Assembly (NCBI GenBank): GCA_963713615.1
Contig: CAVQMM010000001.1
Span: forward strand, 3,584,001 to 3,648,000
DNA length: 64,000 bases
Reading direction: 5' to 3'
Origin: an uncultured Chlamydiae bacterium
Lineage (GTDB): Bacteria > Chlamydiota > Chlamydiia > Chlamydiales > JAJFMA01
Below the pieces are notes generated by a model. The model did not search any database. It was given only the letters and a program-made list of their open reading frames with translations, and was not told the DNA's origin. Position numbers and translations under genes: made by a program. This document shows positions 28,874 through 39,151 of the stretch, one piece after another; within the stretch, counting starts at the first letter, position 1, and every line of letters starts with the position of its first letter.

Positions 28874-30048
28874 AATTCCCCGATGGCGGTGGCAGCTTGT
28901 TGGCTTGCTACCTGTGTTTGGGATGTTGCGAGGCTTTCCTGTACTTGACGACAGCCCTCAATGCATGTCGTGCGTTCGAGGCCCTCGCGATGCAATGGGG
29001 CTACGGCATCGAGCAGTTGCTGTGTGGAAAAGGTTTCTGTAACAAGTTCTGGGTAGACCTGTTGTTCGCGTAGAATATTGACGATGCTATAGAAGTCAAG
29101 ATGCAGGCGGACAATATACCAAAGAATAAGATAGTTAAATGTGGAGACCTCATAGACCACCACACAGGGCTTGTGGTGCAGGGCTAGCTCTAGGTTCACA
29201 GTACCTGACTTAGCAATGGCCGTACGACACGTTTTCATGAGATCATAAGTGTGCTCTCTTGGCACCAAAAAGACATCTTGTCCTACCTTAGCACCACATG
29301 TGTCAGCGATGGTGGTGATCAATTCTTTGAGCTTTTCATCGGTACAAGAAACCGCTATTTGCAATGAGGAATCTTGCTGGCGTAGGCGTAGAGAGGCTTC
29401 GAGCTGCCGTTTAAACAGGCGCATGACCTCTCCAGCACGGCTTCCAGGGAATAGTGCGATGATATTATCGGGGCCAGCGAGCCCTACTTTTTGGGTCCAG
29501 GCAGGATCATATTCGTGTTTTTGCAGGGATTCGACAAGTGGGTGGCCAATAAAAACAGTTTTTAGAGGGGTCTTCTGAAATAGTGCAGGTTCAAATGGGA
29601 ATATTGTCAGGAGGAGATCGACATTTGTAGCGAGCGTGTGGATACGTCCTTTGCCCCAAATCCAGACGGTGGGACAGACATACTGGACGATTTTGCCTTT
29701 GTAGCCCTTTTTGCGCAGAGCCTTAGCCAATCTTAGGTTGAAGCCTGGGTAGTCGATTAACACCACAGCCATAGGATTAGTACTGAGAATATGATCTCGA
29801 AGTTTATAGAACTGCCTGAATAGCGCTGGTAGACTGCGGACGATGTCTCCGAAACCCATCACTTGAAAATCCTCCATGGGCAGGAGGCATTCCAGACCTT
29901 GAGCACGCATGGAAGGTCCACCTACTCCCACGGCTTTTAAAGAAGGATTTTTTTGCTTCAGAGCATGCAGCAGCTTGCCGCCATAGACGTCGCCGCTATG
30001 CTCTCCAGCAAGTAAAAACAGGTGTGGCACAGATTGTGTCAGAGTCAT
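28861..30048 (-). CDS. lpxB: lipid-A-disaccharide synthase
   Basis: AGEHSGD, IDYPGFNLRLAK, YVCPTVWIWG, FPGSRAGE, KSGTVNLE. Confidence 0.96.
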   Translation of the reverse strand: MTLTQSVPHLFLLAGEHSGDVYGGKLLHALKQKNPSLKAVGVGGPSMRAQGLECLLPMEDFQVMGFGDIVRSLPALFRQFYKLRDHILSTNPMAVVLIDYPGFNLRLAKALRKKGYKGKIVQYVCPTVWIWGKGRIHTLATNVDLLLTIFPFEPALFQKTPLKTVFIGHPLVESLQKHEYDPAWTQKVGLAGPDNIIALFPGSRAGEVMRLFKRQLEASLRLRQQDSSLQIAVSCTDEKLKELITTIADTCGAKVGQDVFLVPREHTYDLMKTCRTAIAKSGTVNLELALHHKPCVVVYEVSTFNYLILWYIVRLHLDFYSIVNILREQQVYPELVTETFSTQQLLDAVAPLHREGLERTTCIEGCRQVQESLATSQTQVASQQAATAIGELCLL

Positions 30049-30071
30049 GGTTCCTCGAATTGCGGCAGTGT

Positions 30072-30791
30072 TTAGGGGTGCTGGCGTTCAATCTCGTAGC
30101 GAACAGTGCGTTTGCGCATCCACACGACGGCTAGCAAATCCGTAACGGTGTTTAAGCCACGATTAAGAAGATTATATTTGCTCTTGCCCTGAACGCGTTC
30201 GCGATGATTTACCGGGATCTCTCTCACGCGAAAACCTTGCATGATAAAGAGAGCTGGAAGGAAGCGGTGCATCCCTTCAAACATTTTAATTTTTCGGAGA
30301 CAAGCTGTTCGATAGGCTTTTAGAGAGCAATTATTGTCCTTGATGCCATCGCGGCAAGCCCATCGCCGGACGGCATTGCCACAGCGAGAGACGAAGCGCC
30401 TCCACCAGGTATCGCGTCGCTTACGCCTGCTGCCACATACCATATCGCAGGTATGGATTTCCGCGAGAAGCTTAGGAATGTCTGTAGGGTCGTTTTGACG
30501 ATCGCCATCCAGGGTAATTACATATTGGCCGCTGGCGAGGTCAAAGCCTGCTGCAAAAGCACTAGATTGTCCAAAATTCTTGGTAAAGGACACGACTTTT
30601 AAATGAGGCCGTTGCCTGGCTAATTCGTCTAGGATTTTTCTAGTATGATCAGTAGAGCCATCATCGACGCAGATAAGCTCCCACGGCTTGCCGAGGCCTT
30701 GCATGACGGGTTCAAGCTCGGCAATCAACTCGCGGATATTGCCTTCCTCGTCTTTTAGGGGAATGAGTACAGTATAGATGATGGAAGTCAT
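30072..30791 (-). CDS. glycosyltransferase family 2 (ArnC/DPM-synthase-like)
   Basis: VDDGSTD, NFGQSSA, TLDGDRQNDPTDIP, GMHRFLPAL. Confidence 0.9.
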   Translation of the reverse strand: MTSIIYTVLIPLKDEEGNIRELIAELEPVMQGLGKPWELICVDDGSTDHTRKILDELARQRPHLKVVSFTKNFGQSSAFAAGFDLASGQYVITLDGDRQNDPTDIPKLLAEIHTCDMVCGSRRKRRDTWWRRFVSRCGNAVRRWACRDGIKDNNCSLKAYRTACLRKIKMFEGMHRFLPALFIMQGFRVREIPVNHRERVQGKSKYNLLNRGLNTVTDLLAVVWMRKRTVRYEIERQHP

Positions 30792-30805
30792 GTTTAACCC
30801 TTATC

Positions 30806-31603
30806 TTAGTGAGTGCGTGTAAGGTCCAGGGTTTCGCTAATCCACTGGGCTCCCGAGCGGAAAATCCGAGGAGAGGTGCCATGGCCTAGGTGTCCCGAGG
30901 ATGGAAAGAGGATTAATTCTACCGGAGGCGACCGTTTGCCTTGTGCGAATGACAACTCAGTAAGGTGTCGAACGAAGGCAAAACAGGCATCGGTACTTAC
31001 TCTCATGTCCCTATTCCCGATGTAAAAACGCAGCGACTTGCCAACCAAATATTCTGCAATATCGCTAAGCGCTGTTGCTCGTAGGAAGGTATTGTCGCGC
31101 ATGGGTTTAAATTCTTCAAGGCAAAATAGGTCGGTTAGGGGAGAGAACCCTAGAACTGCACGAATATGCGGGCTGCGTGCAGCCAGATGGGCGGCGATAA
31201 ATCCTCCGCGGGATAGTCCTCCTACAGCGATAGAATCGGGTTGGGCAATTCCGGCATCGACAAGATACTGAATATTCTGTGTGGCGAGTTCTAGAAATGG
31301 TGATAAGAGATCATTACCCAGGGCATACTGCTGTGCCCAACGGCTTACAGAGCGTCTATTGTCGATACCCTCTTCGTGCGAGGGTAGTGACATGGAAAAC
31401 ACACGTATAGGAAGGTCATTGAGGAAGGCTATGGGCTGGTTATAGGGATCGGTGCACAGACTTTCTCTACCTGTAGAGCAGAAATAAATGAGGGCTGGTA
31501 AGGGACCGTCAGATAGAGGGCGTCCCTTGAAAAAGATCGCAAGGCCTGTGGTTGGAGAGAACTCCTGACAAAAATCTTCGGGTAGATCAGGAATTGGGGG
31601 CAT
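30806..31603 (-). CDS. alpha/beta hydrolase (esterase)
   Basis: GLSRGG nucleophile elbow, GNRD, GHGT; start at 31603 gives only a short overlap with pcnB. Confidence 0.8.
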   Translation of the reverse strand: MPPIPDLPEDFCQEFSPTTGLAIFFKGRPLSDGPLPALIYFCSTGRESLCTDPYNQPIAFLNDLPIRVFSMSLPSHEEGIDNRRSVSRWAQQYALGNDLLSPFLELATQNIQYLVDAGIAQPDSIAVGGLSRGGFIAAHLAARSPHIRAVLGFSPLTDLFCLEEFKPMRDNTFLRATALSDIAEYLVGKSLRFYIGNRDMRVSTDACFAFVRHLTELSFAQGKRSPPVELILFPSSGHLGHGTSPRIFRSGAQWISETLDLTRTH

Positions 31604-32876
31604 GATATGGCCTGCCTCTTCCTCGTGAACGACGACGTCTTGGCGGGGGAGAGTGCGTGTCGTCGGAACTATCGGACGAGCCTTTATGCTCATCGCCCTC
31701 ATAGGCCTGTACCCATCCTTCATAGATTGGTAGGAGCTGCGGGTCTGCTAACGCTCGAAGTTTCAAAAAGGTTAGTGCTAGGGGAAATTCAGGATGGCGC
31801 ACAATTTTGGAACGGAAATTGATTTTGTTGTTCATCGGGGTCAGACGGTACTGCGTGGTGAGGATGAAGTGAGTAAGGATGCGCAGACGTCTGGGAAAAT
31901 GAGAGAAGGATGCATGGGACACACCTCTTCCCAGAGCTGATGTGATGGACGAAATATCTCCAATATGGGGGAGTTGACCTCGATTGGTAAACTGGATGCC
32001 AAGTTCTCGATGCAGAATGGGGTATTGAAGGCATGTCGCTAGTATCGCTCGGTCTAAGGTCTCCTCAACTTCGGGGTCCTTTTGGATTTTGTCGACGCTG
32101 GCGAGCAGCTGATAGACGCCTTCGCGTTCTTTATCTCGCAGAAATGCCGCTAGCCAGGGAAACAGGAGCTGTAAGACTCCACGATCTTGAAGTAGCCTAA
32201 AAAAGGGCTCCGCTGAACCCGATTCTAGCATGCGAAAGATCTCTTCAAGCACGCGAGCTGGTGAACTTTTGCTGATGTCTTCGCGACATTGTTCGAGAGC
32301 ACGGGCTGTCTCTGGTGCCACAGTAAAGCCAAAGCGCGCCTGAAATTTTAATAGGCGAATCATGCGAACGGGGTCTTGCCTAAAGCGGACAACGGGGTCG
32401 CCGATGGTGCGGATGATACCTTGGTGGATGTCTACCCAACCGCCAATGTAATCGATGACATGGTGTTCGGTAGGGTCGTAAAATAAGCCGTTGATGGTAA
32501 AATCGCGTCTAATGGCATCCTCTTCAGGAGTTCCCCATTGATTGTCGCGGACGATGAGATCGTCAGCACTTTCACCAGAGCGAAAGGTGGAGACTTCGAT
32601 GACTTTTTTGCCAAAACGGACGTGTGCTAAGCGGAACCTGCGACCTATCAGGAGACAGTTTTTGCGAAATAGATGTTTGATGTCTTCAGGCTCGGCTGAT
32701 GTTGATACGTCAAAATCTTTCGGTTTCTTTTTGGCGAGTAAGTCACGAACACCACCACCAACAAGATAGGCAGTATACCCGGCCTGTTGCAGTCGTTGGA
32801 TTACGTAGAGAGCATCAGGGTCAAACTGTGTTGAATCGATGTCATGTTCATCGGCGAGATAAATTCTTGGTTGCAC
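31587..32876 (-). CDS. pcnB: poly(A) polymerase I
   Basis: LVGGGVRDLL..KDFDV, PAP signature LIGRRFRLAHV, RRDFTIN, QDPVRMIR; probable GTG start at 32876. Confidence 0.93.
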   Translation of the reverse strand: MQPRIYLADEHDIDSTQFDPDALYVIQRLQQAGYTAYLVGGGVRDLLAKKKPKDFDVSTSAEPEDIKHLFRKNCLLIGRRFRLAHVRFGKKVIEVSTFRSGESADDLIVRDNQWGTPEEDAIRRDFTINGLFYDPTEHHVIDYIGGWVDIHQGIIRTIGDPVVRFRQDPVRMIRLLKFQARFGFTVAPETARALEQCREDISKSSPARVLEEIFRMLESGSAEPFFRLLQDRGVLQLLFPWLAAFLRDKEREGVYQLLASVDKIQKDPEVEETLDRAILATCLQYPILHRELGIQFTNRGQLPHIGDISSITSALGRGVSHASFSHFPRRLRILTHFILTTQYRLTPMNNKINFRSKIVRHPEFPLALTFLKLRALADPQLLPIYEGWVQAYEGDEHKGSSDSSDDTHSPPPRRRRSRGRGRPYHAPNS

Positions 32877-33032
32877 TGAACAGAGGGTCTCCGCGTAGTG
32901 ATATGGGCTGCTGATAAAAGCAGCCAACTCAAGCGCAGACGTGCGGGGGCATTGCCGCACGTGTGCGCTCGAACATTTTTACATACAGTTAGCACTCAAA
33001 ATAGATAATAAACCCGAATTAGTCAAGGAGTA

Positions 33033-33329
33033 AGGAGGAGGGGGAGAGGAATAGGAGTTAGGATTTTTTACCGCCGAGACACAGAGACGCCGAGATAGGA
33101 GAGAGAGGATTAGGAGAGAATGTGCCTTTTGTGGGGCTTTGGGCAAAATTCTGCCTAAGGACCTCTTGAGAGGTTATCGTTTTAGTAAAAGCCCTTAGAC
33201 TGGATTTTGTCCAGAGCCAGCAGTAACTGAACATTCTTTCCTCTCTCTCCTAACTCGGCGTCTCGGCGCTCTCTGTGGTAAAAATCCTAATCCTTCCTCC
33301 TCCTCCTTCCTTCCCTCATTCCTTCTCTC
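33033..33329. repeat. family B palindrome with a distinct palindromic spacer
   Basis: TTTTTACCGCCGAGACACAGAGACGCCGAGATAGG ... CTCGGCGTCTCGGCGCTCTCTGTGGTAAAAATCC; purine-rich then pyrimidine-rich flanks. Confidence 0.88.
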
Positions 33330-33385
33330 GCTCCTATATACTCGATATGCTAGGCTCAGGATTAATCAGTCACAGAGGAGTGAAG

Positions 33386-35206
33386 ATGCAAGCATCTTTC
33401 CTGCAAAGCGGTATCGTTTCGGCGTGCCTTTTAGCTGCTCCTCTACAGGTCTATGCCCTTGGAGCACCAGTGACAACTGATAAAGCCCTTGTCAGCGCAT
33501 TAGAGCCAGGTCCAGTGATCATCACCGATGTAGGTCCGAGTTTCACGGTACGCATGGAGCCTTTTTCTGCTTCCATACGTAGCTTAAAGAACGCCACGCT
33601 GCAGGCCGAACGTAGCCGTGTGGGCGTCTCCAAGCACCTTATTCTGCGAGATAGCACAGGTCAGCGCATCGGCATTTTTCGTTCACAGGATGTCGGAGGA
33701 CAGATCGAAGCAGAGATCGCCGTTCTGGATCCCATTAATTTCTTCGACCTCTCGCCTGTTGTCAGTGTAAAGCTCAAGCAGGGTAAGAAGAAAGTTGAAG
33801 GCTACCTCCAGCGGTTCGAAATATCACGTCCCACAGCCCCCTCAATGGGCTATTCTTCATTTGTTCAGCAGATTCAAAAAATTGGTATTTTGGACATCCT
33901 ATTGATCAACGAGGATCGTAATATAGGCAATTTGGTCATTAAGGAAGGGGTGTTGATACCCATAGACCACAATAAGACCCTTCTGACAGATGATGGCGAG
34001 CATTTTGGACTGGATGTAGCCAAAAGGCTGTCGGAGCCTCCCTTCTGGCATCGCGTTTATCCTCGTGCGGTACACAGCCCTGTGTGGCTAGCTACAAGGC
34101 AATTTTTGCCTTGGTCGCAGAAACCTTGGACTCCCCAGAGCGAGGCATTCATTCAGCAATGGAATGTTGACCAGGTGATTAAGGAACTGAGGGGGCAGTT
34201 TGCTGTCTCTGAAGGGGCTTTGGGGGCTCTTAAAGCTATGGATACTTGGCTCAAGAAGAGTGCTGCTGCACAGCTAACCCTCGAGCAGGCTGGTGCCCCC
34301 ATTTACAATTCAAAGAGTATTTTTCAGGATATCTATCATTTGGTGAGATATGCGCGTTTTGAAGACGCCATGGAGTATGCTGGCCTTGAATATGACATGC
34401 TAGTAGCCATAGAGTTGACGCGTCATCAACTGCGCAATAGCAGTGGCAGGGTCCAGACCCCTAGCGATATCCAGAATCTATTCGATAGCATTCTCAATAA
34501 ATTGATGGATCGACGGATAGCGCTTATACAGGGCAAGTTGTCCCCTCAGGAAAAAGACGAATATATGTCTGAGGTATGGTTAAACTTGTTTTTTGAGGAT
34601 GAGCTGCATCAATGGCTAAGGGAGCATGAGGATCTGCCTAAAGAAAAACTGCGGATGATGGGTTGTCGTAATGCGCGTAAGCATACTCCTGGTGAACTTG
34701 AGGAAGGGGCTCCGCTCCCTTGCTTTGTTGAAGTTTTGGAGCTCTCCAACAAATTGATAGCATCGCGGATGGAGAAGGAGTCGGGTAGCGTAGCAGCGGC
34801 ACTGCGAGAGGGGCTCAATCACGCCTTTTTAGTGCATTTCTCTTACGTTAGTGCCCTATTAGCTGCTAAGCCCGGAACGGAAGACTATTTGCGCATGGCC
34901 CAGTTTCTGCGCTTGCAGATTGATCGATCTAACGAACTACTGATTCCTGGGGTGACCTGGACTTCCGAGCAAAATATACAAATGTCCAAAATGCCCGCGG
35001 CCGATGTCGTTGCAGTCATTGCTTTGGTTAGAAAAAAGGCGCTTGAAGAAGCGGGCTATTATCACGAAAAGCTCGGATCTGCATGGTTAGCCTTTGCTGC
35101 TCCTAAGTACATCGATGATTATCTAGATCGAGCACAGCAACTGCGTCGGCAAGTGGAAGCGGGACAGCTTGACACTGCAAAGTTTAATGAGGAATTATCA
35201 AAGTAG
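33386..35206 (+). CDS. secreted PI3/PI4-kinase-like protein
   Basis: GAGGAG RBS; signal-peptide-like N-terminus; KIGILDILLINEDRNIGNLVI...LIPIDH catalytic core. Confidence 0.7.
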   Translation: MQASFLQSGIVSACLLAAPLQVYALGAPVTTDKALVSALEPGPVIITDVGPSFTVRMEPFSASIRSLKNATLQAERSRVGVSKHLILRDSTGQRIGIFRSQDVGGQIEAEIAVLDPINFFDLSPVVSVKLKQGKKKVEGYLQRFEISRPTAPSMGYSSFVQQIQKIGILDILLINEDRNIGNLVIKEGVLIPIDHNKTLLTDDGEHFGLDVAKRLSEPPFWHRVYPRAVHSPVWLATRQFLPWSQKPWTPQSEAFIQQWNVDQVIKELRGQFAVSEGALGALKAMDTWLKKSAAAQLTLEQAGAPIYNSKSIFQDIYHLVRYARFEDAMEYAGLEYDMLVAIELTRHQLRNSSGRVQTPSDIQNLFDSILNKLMDRRIALIQGKLSPQEKDEYMSEVWLNLFFEDELHQWLREHEDLPKEKLRMMGCRNARKHTPGELEEGAPLPCFVEVLELSNKLIASRMEKESGSVAAALREGLNHAFLVHFSYVSALLAAKPGTEDYLRMAQFLRLQIDRSNELLIPGVTWTSEQNIQMSKMPAADVVAVIALVRKKALEEAGYYHEKLGSAWLAFAAPKYIDDYLDRAQQLRRQVEAGQLDTAKFNEELSK

Positions 35207-35458
35207 ATGGGAGAGAAGGAAAAGAGAGAGAAGGGAGGGAAAAGGAGGGAGAAGGATTTTTACCACAGAGGACACAGAGGACACAGAGACGCCGAGATAG
35301 GAGAGAGAGGATTAGGAAAGAGGGTTAGGGGGAGAAAAATTGGAATTTGCACAAAAAACAAAAAAGTTCCCTCCTCTCTCTCCCATCTCTGCGTCTCTGT
35401 GTCCTCTGTGGTAAAAATTCCTAAATCCTCCCTCCTCTCCTTCCCGTCTCCCCCCCTC
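35207..35458. repeat. family B palindrome
   Basis: TTTTTACCACAGAGGACACAGAGGACACAGAGACGCCGAGATAGG ... CTCTGCGTCTCTGTGTCCTCTGTGGTAAAAA. Confidence 0.9.
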
Positions 35459-35523
35459 TACCTTGATGTTTATTGGCGGTAAGGGTATACGATTATCACT
35501 TTTTCGTGAGGAGGGCATATCGG

Positions 35524-36894
35524 ATGACAGAACCATCCCCTAAACGACTATTTGGCACCGATGGTGTGCGTGGTCGAGCTAACAAATTTCCTATGACTGT
35601 AGAAATTGCGTTAGCCATCGGGCGCGCTGCTGGTCAGCTGTTAAGTCGCTTGGAAGGTCGCCAGCAGGTCGTCATTGGCAAGGACACACGTGTCTCTTGC
35701 TATATGTATGAAAATGCCTTGATTGCTGGGCTCTGCAGTATGGGAATTGATACGTTAATGGTTGGGCCCTTACCTACTCCTGGGGTAGCATTCTTAACTC
35801 GAGCCTATCGCGCCTCGGCCGGTATTGTCATCTCTGCCTCGCATAATCCCTATTACGACAATGGCATTAAATTTTTTTCGTCGGATGGTTATAAATTATC
35901 TGACGCATGGGAGTATGAGCTTGAGAGCATGATTGCTGGCAACGATTTTTCTGAAGCTCTGCCGAGCGACGACGAAGTGGGACGCAATACTCGAGTAGTC
36001 GGGGCTGATGGGCGTTATGTGGAGTTTGTGAAGGCGACGTTTCCGAAGGGACGCTCTCTCAAAGGTCTTAAGGTAGTCCTAGACTGCGCACACGGGGCAG
36101 CATACAAAGTAGCTCCAATGGTTTTTCGGGAGCTCGATGCAGACGTAGCCACGTACGGTGTAGAGCCCAATGGGGTCAATATCAACCATGATTGTGGGTC
36201 TACCCATCCTCAAAAGCTGCAACGCGCCATTTTGCAACATGGAGCTGACGTTGGTATTGCCTTTGATGGCGATGCTGATCGGGTGGTGATGATCGACGAA
36301 AACAGCCAAGTTGTTGACGGCGATGCTATCCTAGCCATTTGCGCTAAAGATATGCAGAGAAGGGGGCTATTGCAAAACAATAAAGTTGTCACCACAGTGA
36401 TGTGCAATTTGGGTTTTGTACAGGCCATGGAACGTCTCAATATCGAAGTGATCCGCTCGCAAGTAGGTGATCGCTATGTGATTCAAGAGATGGTCAAGCA
36501 TGGAGCAAACCTAGGTGGAGAGCAAAGTGGACATATGATCTTCCTAGATCATAACACTACCGGCGACGGCTTAGTGTCTGCCTTGCAGGTGCTTAGTATT
36601 ATGGTAGATACCGGTTCCAGACTTTCCGAACTGGCAAAAATTGTTGAGCGCTGTCCGCAGGCATGCCTGAATGTTCCGGTGATGTCAAAGCCTCCACTGG
36701 AGAATATGGAAAGTCTTCAGCAGATTATCGGGCGTGTAGAGGGGCTGTTAGCCAAAAAAGGACGTGTACTGGTGCGTTACTCAGGGACCGAGAATATCTG
36801 TAGAGTAATGGTCGAAGGCTTACGATTACAAGAAGTGGAGCAGCAGGCGCAAGAAATTGCCGATGTGATCCGTCAAGAAATAGGTCAGGTATAA
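35524..36894 (+). CDS. glmM: phosphoglucosamine mutase
   Basis: LFGTDGVRG, VISASHNPYYDNGIK, FDGDADR, RYSGTE. Confidence 0.97.
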   Translation: MTEPSPKRLFGTDGVRGRANKFPMTVEIALAIGRAAGQLLSRLEGRQQVVIGKDTRVSCYMYENALIAGLCSMGIDTLMVGPLPTPGVAFLTRAYRASAGIVISASHNPYYDNGIKFFSSDGYKLSDAWEYELESMIAGNDFSEALPSDDEVGRNTRVVGADGRYVEFVKATFPKGRSLKGLKVVLDCAHGAAYKVAPMVFRELDADVATYGVEPNGVNINHDCGSTHPQKLQRAILQHGADVGIAFDGDADRVVMIDENSQVVDGDAILAICAKDMQRRGLLQNNKVVTTVMCNLGFVQAMERLNIEVIRSQVGDRYVIQEMVKHGANLGGEQSGHMIFLDHNTTGDGLVSALQVLSIMVDTGSRLSELAKIVERCPQACLNVPVMSKPPLENMESLQQIIGRVEGLLAKKGRVLVRYSGTENICRVMVEGLRLQEVEQQAQEIADVIRQEIGQV

Positions 36895-36914
36895 CCGAAC
36901 CAAGGGATGAGACT

Positions 36915-38741
36915 ATGTGCGGCATTTTTGGTTATGTGGGAGGGCAAGAAGCCGTTGGAATAACTCTGGCGGGTCTCAAAAGGCTAGAATACCGCGGCTA
37001 CGACTCAGCTGGCATAGCGGGTTTTAACAATGGCGATCTGGTTCATTGTAAAGTTGTGGGAAAGATCGCTGCTCTAGAGCAGGAGGTCAAAAAGCAGGGG
37101 CTTAAGCTGTCTACCGCTATTGCCCAAACGCGTTGGGCAACGCATGGCAAACCTAATGAAGTCAATGCGCATCCGCATTTCGATCACTCTGGCTCCCTAG
37201 CCTTGGTACACAATGGGATCATCGAAAATCACGATAGTTTACGCAAGATGCTGGAAGCAAAAGGCTGCGTGTTTAAATCTGACACCGATACTGAAGTAGC
37301 AGCCCAACTTATCGGCCACCTCTATCAGGGTGATCTTCTCAGCGCCGTTCAGCAAGCCCTTCCTCTCCTTCATGGTGCTTATGCCCTTGTGATGATTCAT
37401 AAGAATCACCCAAAGCAGATTTTAGCCGTTGCTTCGGAAGCTCCCCTGTCCGTGGGGATAAGTCCCAGTGAGGCCTATGTTTCTTCTGATGTGATGGCTC
37501 TCAAGTCCATGGCTAAAGAGGTTTTTCACCTCGCAAATAGTGAAATAGCTGTTATTCATGCAGATCAGGTAGAAACCTTTGATGCCTCGAAGTCTAAGAT
37601 TATCAAAAATCGTGAGGCCCTGACGCAAACGGCTGAGGAAATCTCTAAAGGGGATTTCGCGCACTTTACTCTCAAAGAGATTTTTGAACAGCCAAAGTCA
37701 TTGCAGGCCGCTATTGCTTCTCGCTATTCAGAGGAGTATGGTACAGCCATTCTTGACGGTCTAAACATGGGCGTCCATGAACTCCTTAGCGTTGAACGTA
37801 TCCTCATCCTAGCCTGCGGGACATCATGGCATGCTGGCGTGATTGGTGCCTATATGCTCGAAGACTTGGCCCGAATTCCAGTGCAGACAGAAATATCGTC
37901 CGAATATCGCTATAAGAATCCCATCGTATTACCAGGCACTTATGTGATCGCCATGAGCCAGTCCGGAGAGACGGCTGACACCATCGCTGCAGTCCGTGAG
38001 TTGAAGGCCAAAGGAGCTAAGATCCTAGCTGTTTGTAACGTGCAGGGGTCAACGCTGACTCGAGAAGCAGATGGATGCCTCTACCTGCGTGCAGGGCCTG
38101 AAATAGGTGTTTGTTCGACGAAGGCTTTTACCAGCCAGGTAGCCGTGCTCTTCCTGTTTACATTGCTAATGGCACGTATTCGTCATGTGGGCAAGGCAGA
38201 GGGGCAAGCTCTGATTAAGGCTTTACAGCTGCTTCCCGATCAAGTTCAGCAGGTTCTTGAGGAAGCCAACCATATCGAAGAAATAGCCAAAAAATACGCT
38301 AAGTACGACAACTTCTTCTTCCTGGGCCGTCGACATATGTACCCTGCAGCTCTTGAAGGTGCTTTGAAGCTCAAGGAAATCTCCTATATCAATGCCAATG
38401 GCTACCCAGCCGGTGAAATGAAGCATGGTCCTATCGCTCTGATCAATGAACAATGCCCCACAGTAGCATTGTGTGCTAATAAGGCGACCTACACCAAGCT
38501 TCTCAGTAACCTCATGGAGGTTAAAGCCCGCAGTGGCCCCGTTCTGGCTATCGTGCCACAGGGGGCTGAAGGTCTGGATAGTATCGCTGATGATACAATT
38601 TGGGTGCCAGATACCATCGATGAGCTTGCTACGGTACCGACCTCTGTGGCTCTGCAGCTCTTTGCCTATTTCGTTGCCAGGGAACGCGGCTGCGATATCG
38701 ACCAACCGCGTAACCTCGCTAAGTCCGTCACCGTCGAATAG
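36915..38741 (+). CDS. glmS: glutamine--fructose-6-phosphate aminotransferase
   Basis: MCGIFGY, LEYRGYDSAG, SQSGETADT, DQPRNLAKSVTVE. Confidence 0.99.
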   Translation: MCGIFGYVGGQEAVGITLAGLKRLEYRGYDSAGIAGFNNGDLVHCKVVGKIAALEQEVKKQGLKLSTAIAQTRWATHGKPNEVNAHPHFDHSGSLALVHNGIIENHDSLRKMLEAKGCVFKSDTDTEVAAQLIGHLYQGDLLSAVQQALPLLHGAYALVMIHKNHPKQILAVASEAPLSVGISPSEAYVSSDVMALKSMAKEVFHLANSEIAVIHADQVETFDASKSKIIKNREALTQTAEEISKGDFAHFTLKEIFEQPKSLQAAIASRYSEEYGTAILDGLNMGVHELLSVERILILACGTSWHAGVIGAYMLEDLARIPVQTEISSEYRYKNPIVLPGTYVIAMSQSGETADTIAAVRELKAKGAKILAVCNVQGSTLTREADGCLYLRAGPEIGVCSTKAFTSQVAVLFLFTLLMARIRHVGKAEGQALIKALQLLPDQVQQVLEEANHIEEIAKKYAKYDNFFFLGRRHMYPAALEGALKLKEISYINANGYPAGEMKHGPIALINEQCPTVALCANKATYTKLLSNLMEVKARSGPVLAIVPQGAEGLDSIADDTIWVPDTIDELATVPTSVALQLFAYFVARERGCDIDQPRNLAKSVTVE

Positions 38742-39110
38742 GATTTAGGATGGCAGATACGGTTCGTTTAGCTTTTTAGGAGCAACACGGATGCACACGG
38801 ATCTAGGAGGATTTAGGAGGATTGGATGGCAAAACACGGTTCGTTTAGCTTTTTAGGAGTAACACGGATGCACACGGATCTAGGAGGATTTAGGAGGATT
38901 GGATGGCAAATACCGTTCATCAATCTGAACCAATAAAATTGGTTTTTAAGATCGCATGAACACAACCCATGTTGCTTCTAAAAGGTTGAACGAACCGTAT
39001 CTGCCATCCAATCCTCCTAAATCCTCCTAGATCCGTGTGCATCCGTGTTACTCCTAAAAAGCTAAACGAACCGTGTTTTGCCATCCTTTGCCATCCTATC
39101 CTTCCCTAAA
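38742..39110. repeat. family D copy 3 (left arm tandemly duplicated)
   Basis: GGATGGC recurs at 38748, 38824 and 38901; inverted right arm. Confidence 0.95.
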
Positions 39111-39151
39111 CTGGTTTCTATTTTTTTCTCCTCCATGCTATGCTGTTTTGC

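Noticed and set aside
33275..33385. N-terminal ORF extensions (33275, 51481, 54078, 31723, 32960)
   Set aside because: They run into repeats, overlap neighbouring genes or lack family similarity; downstream starts with an RBS fit better
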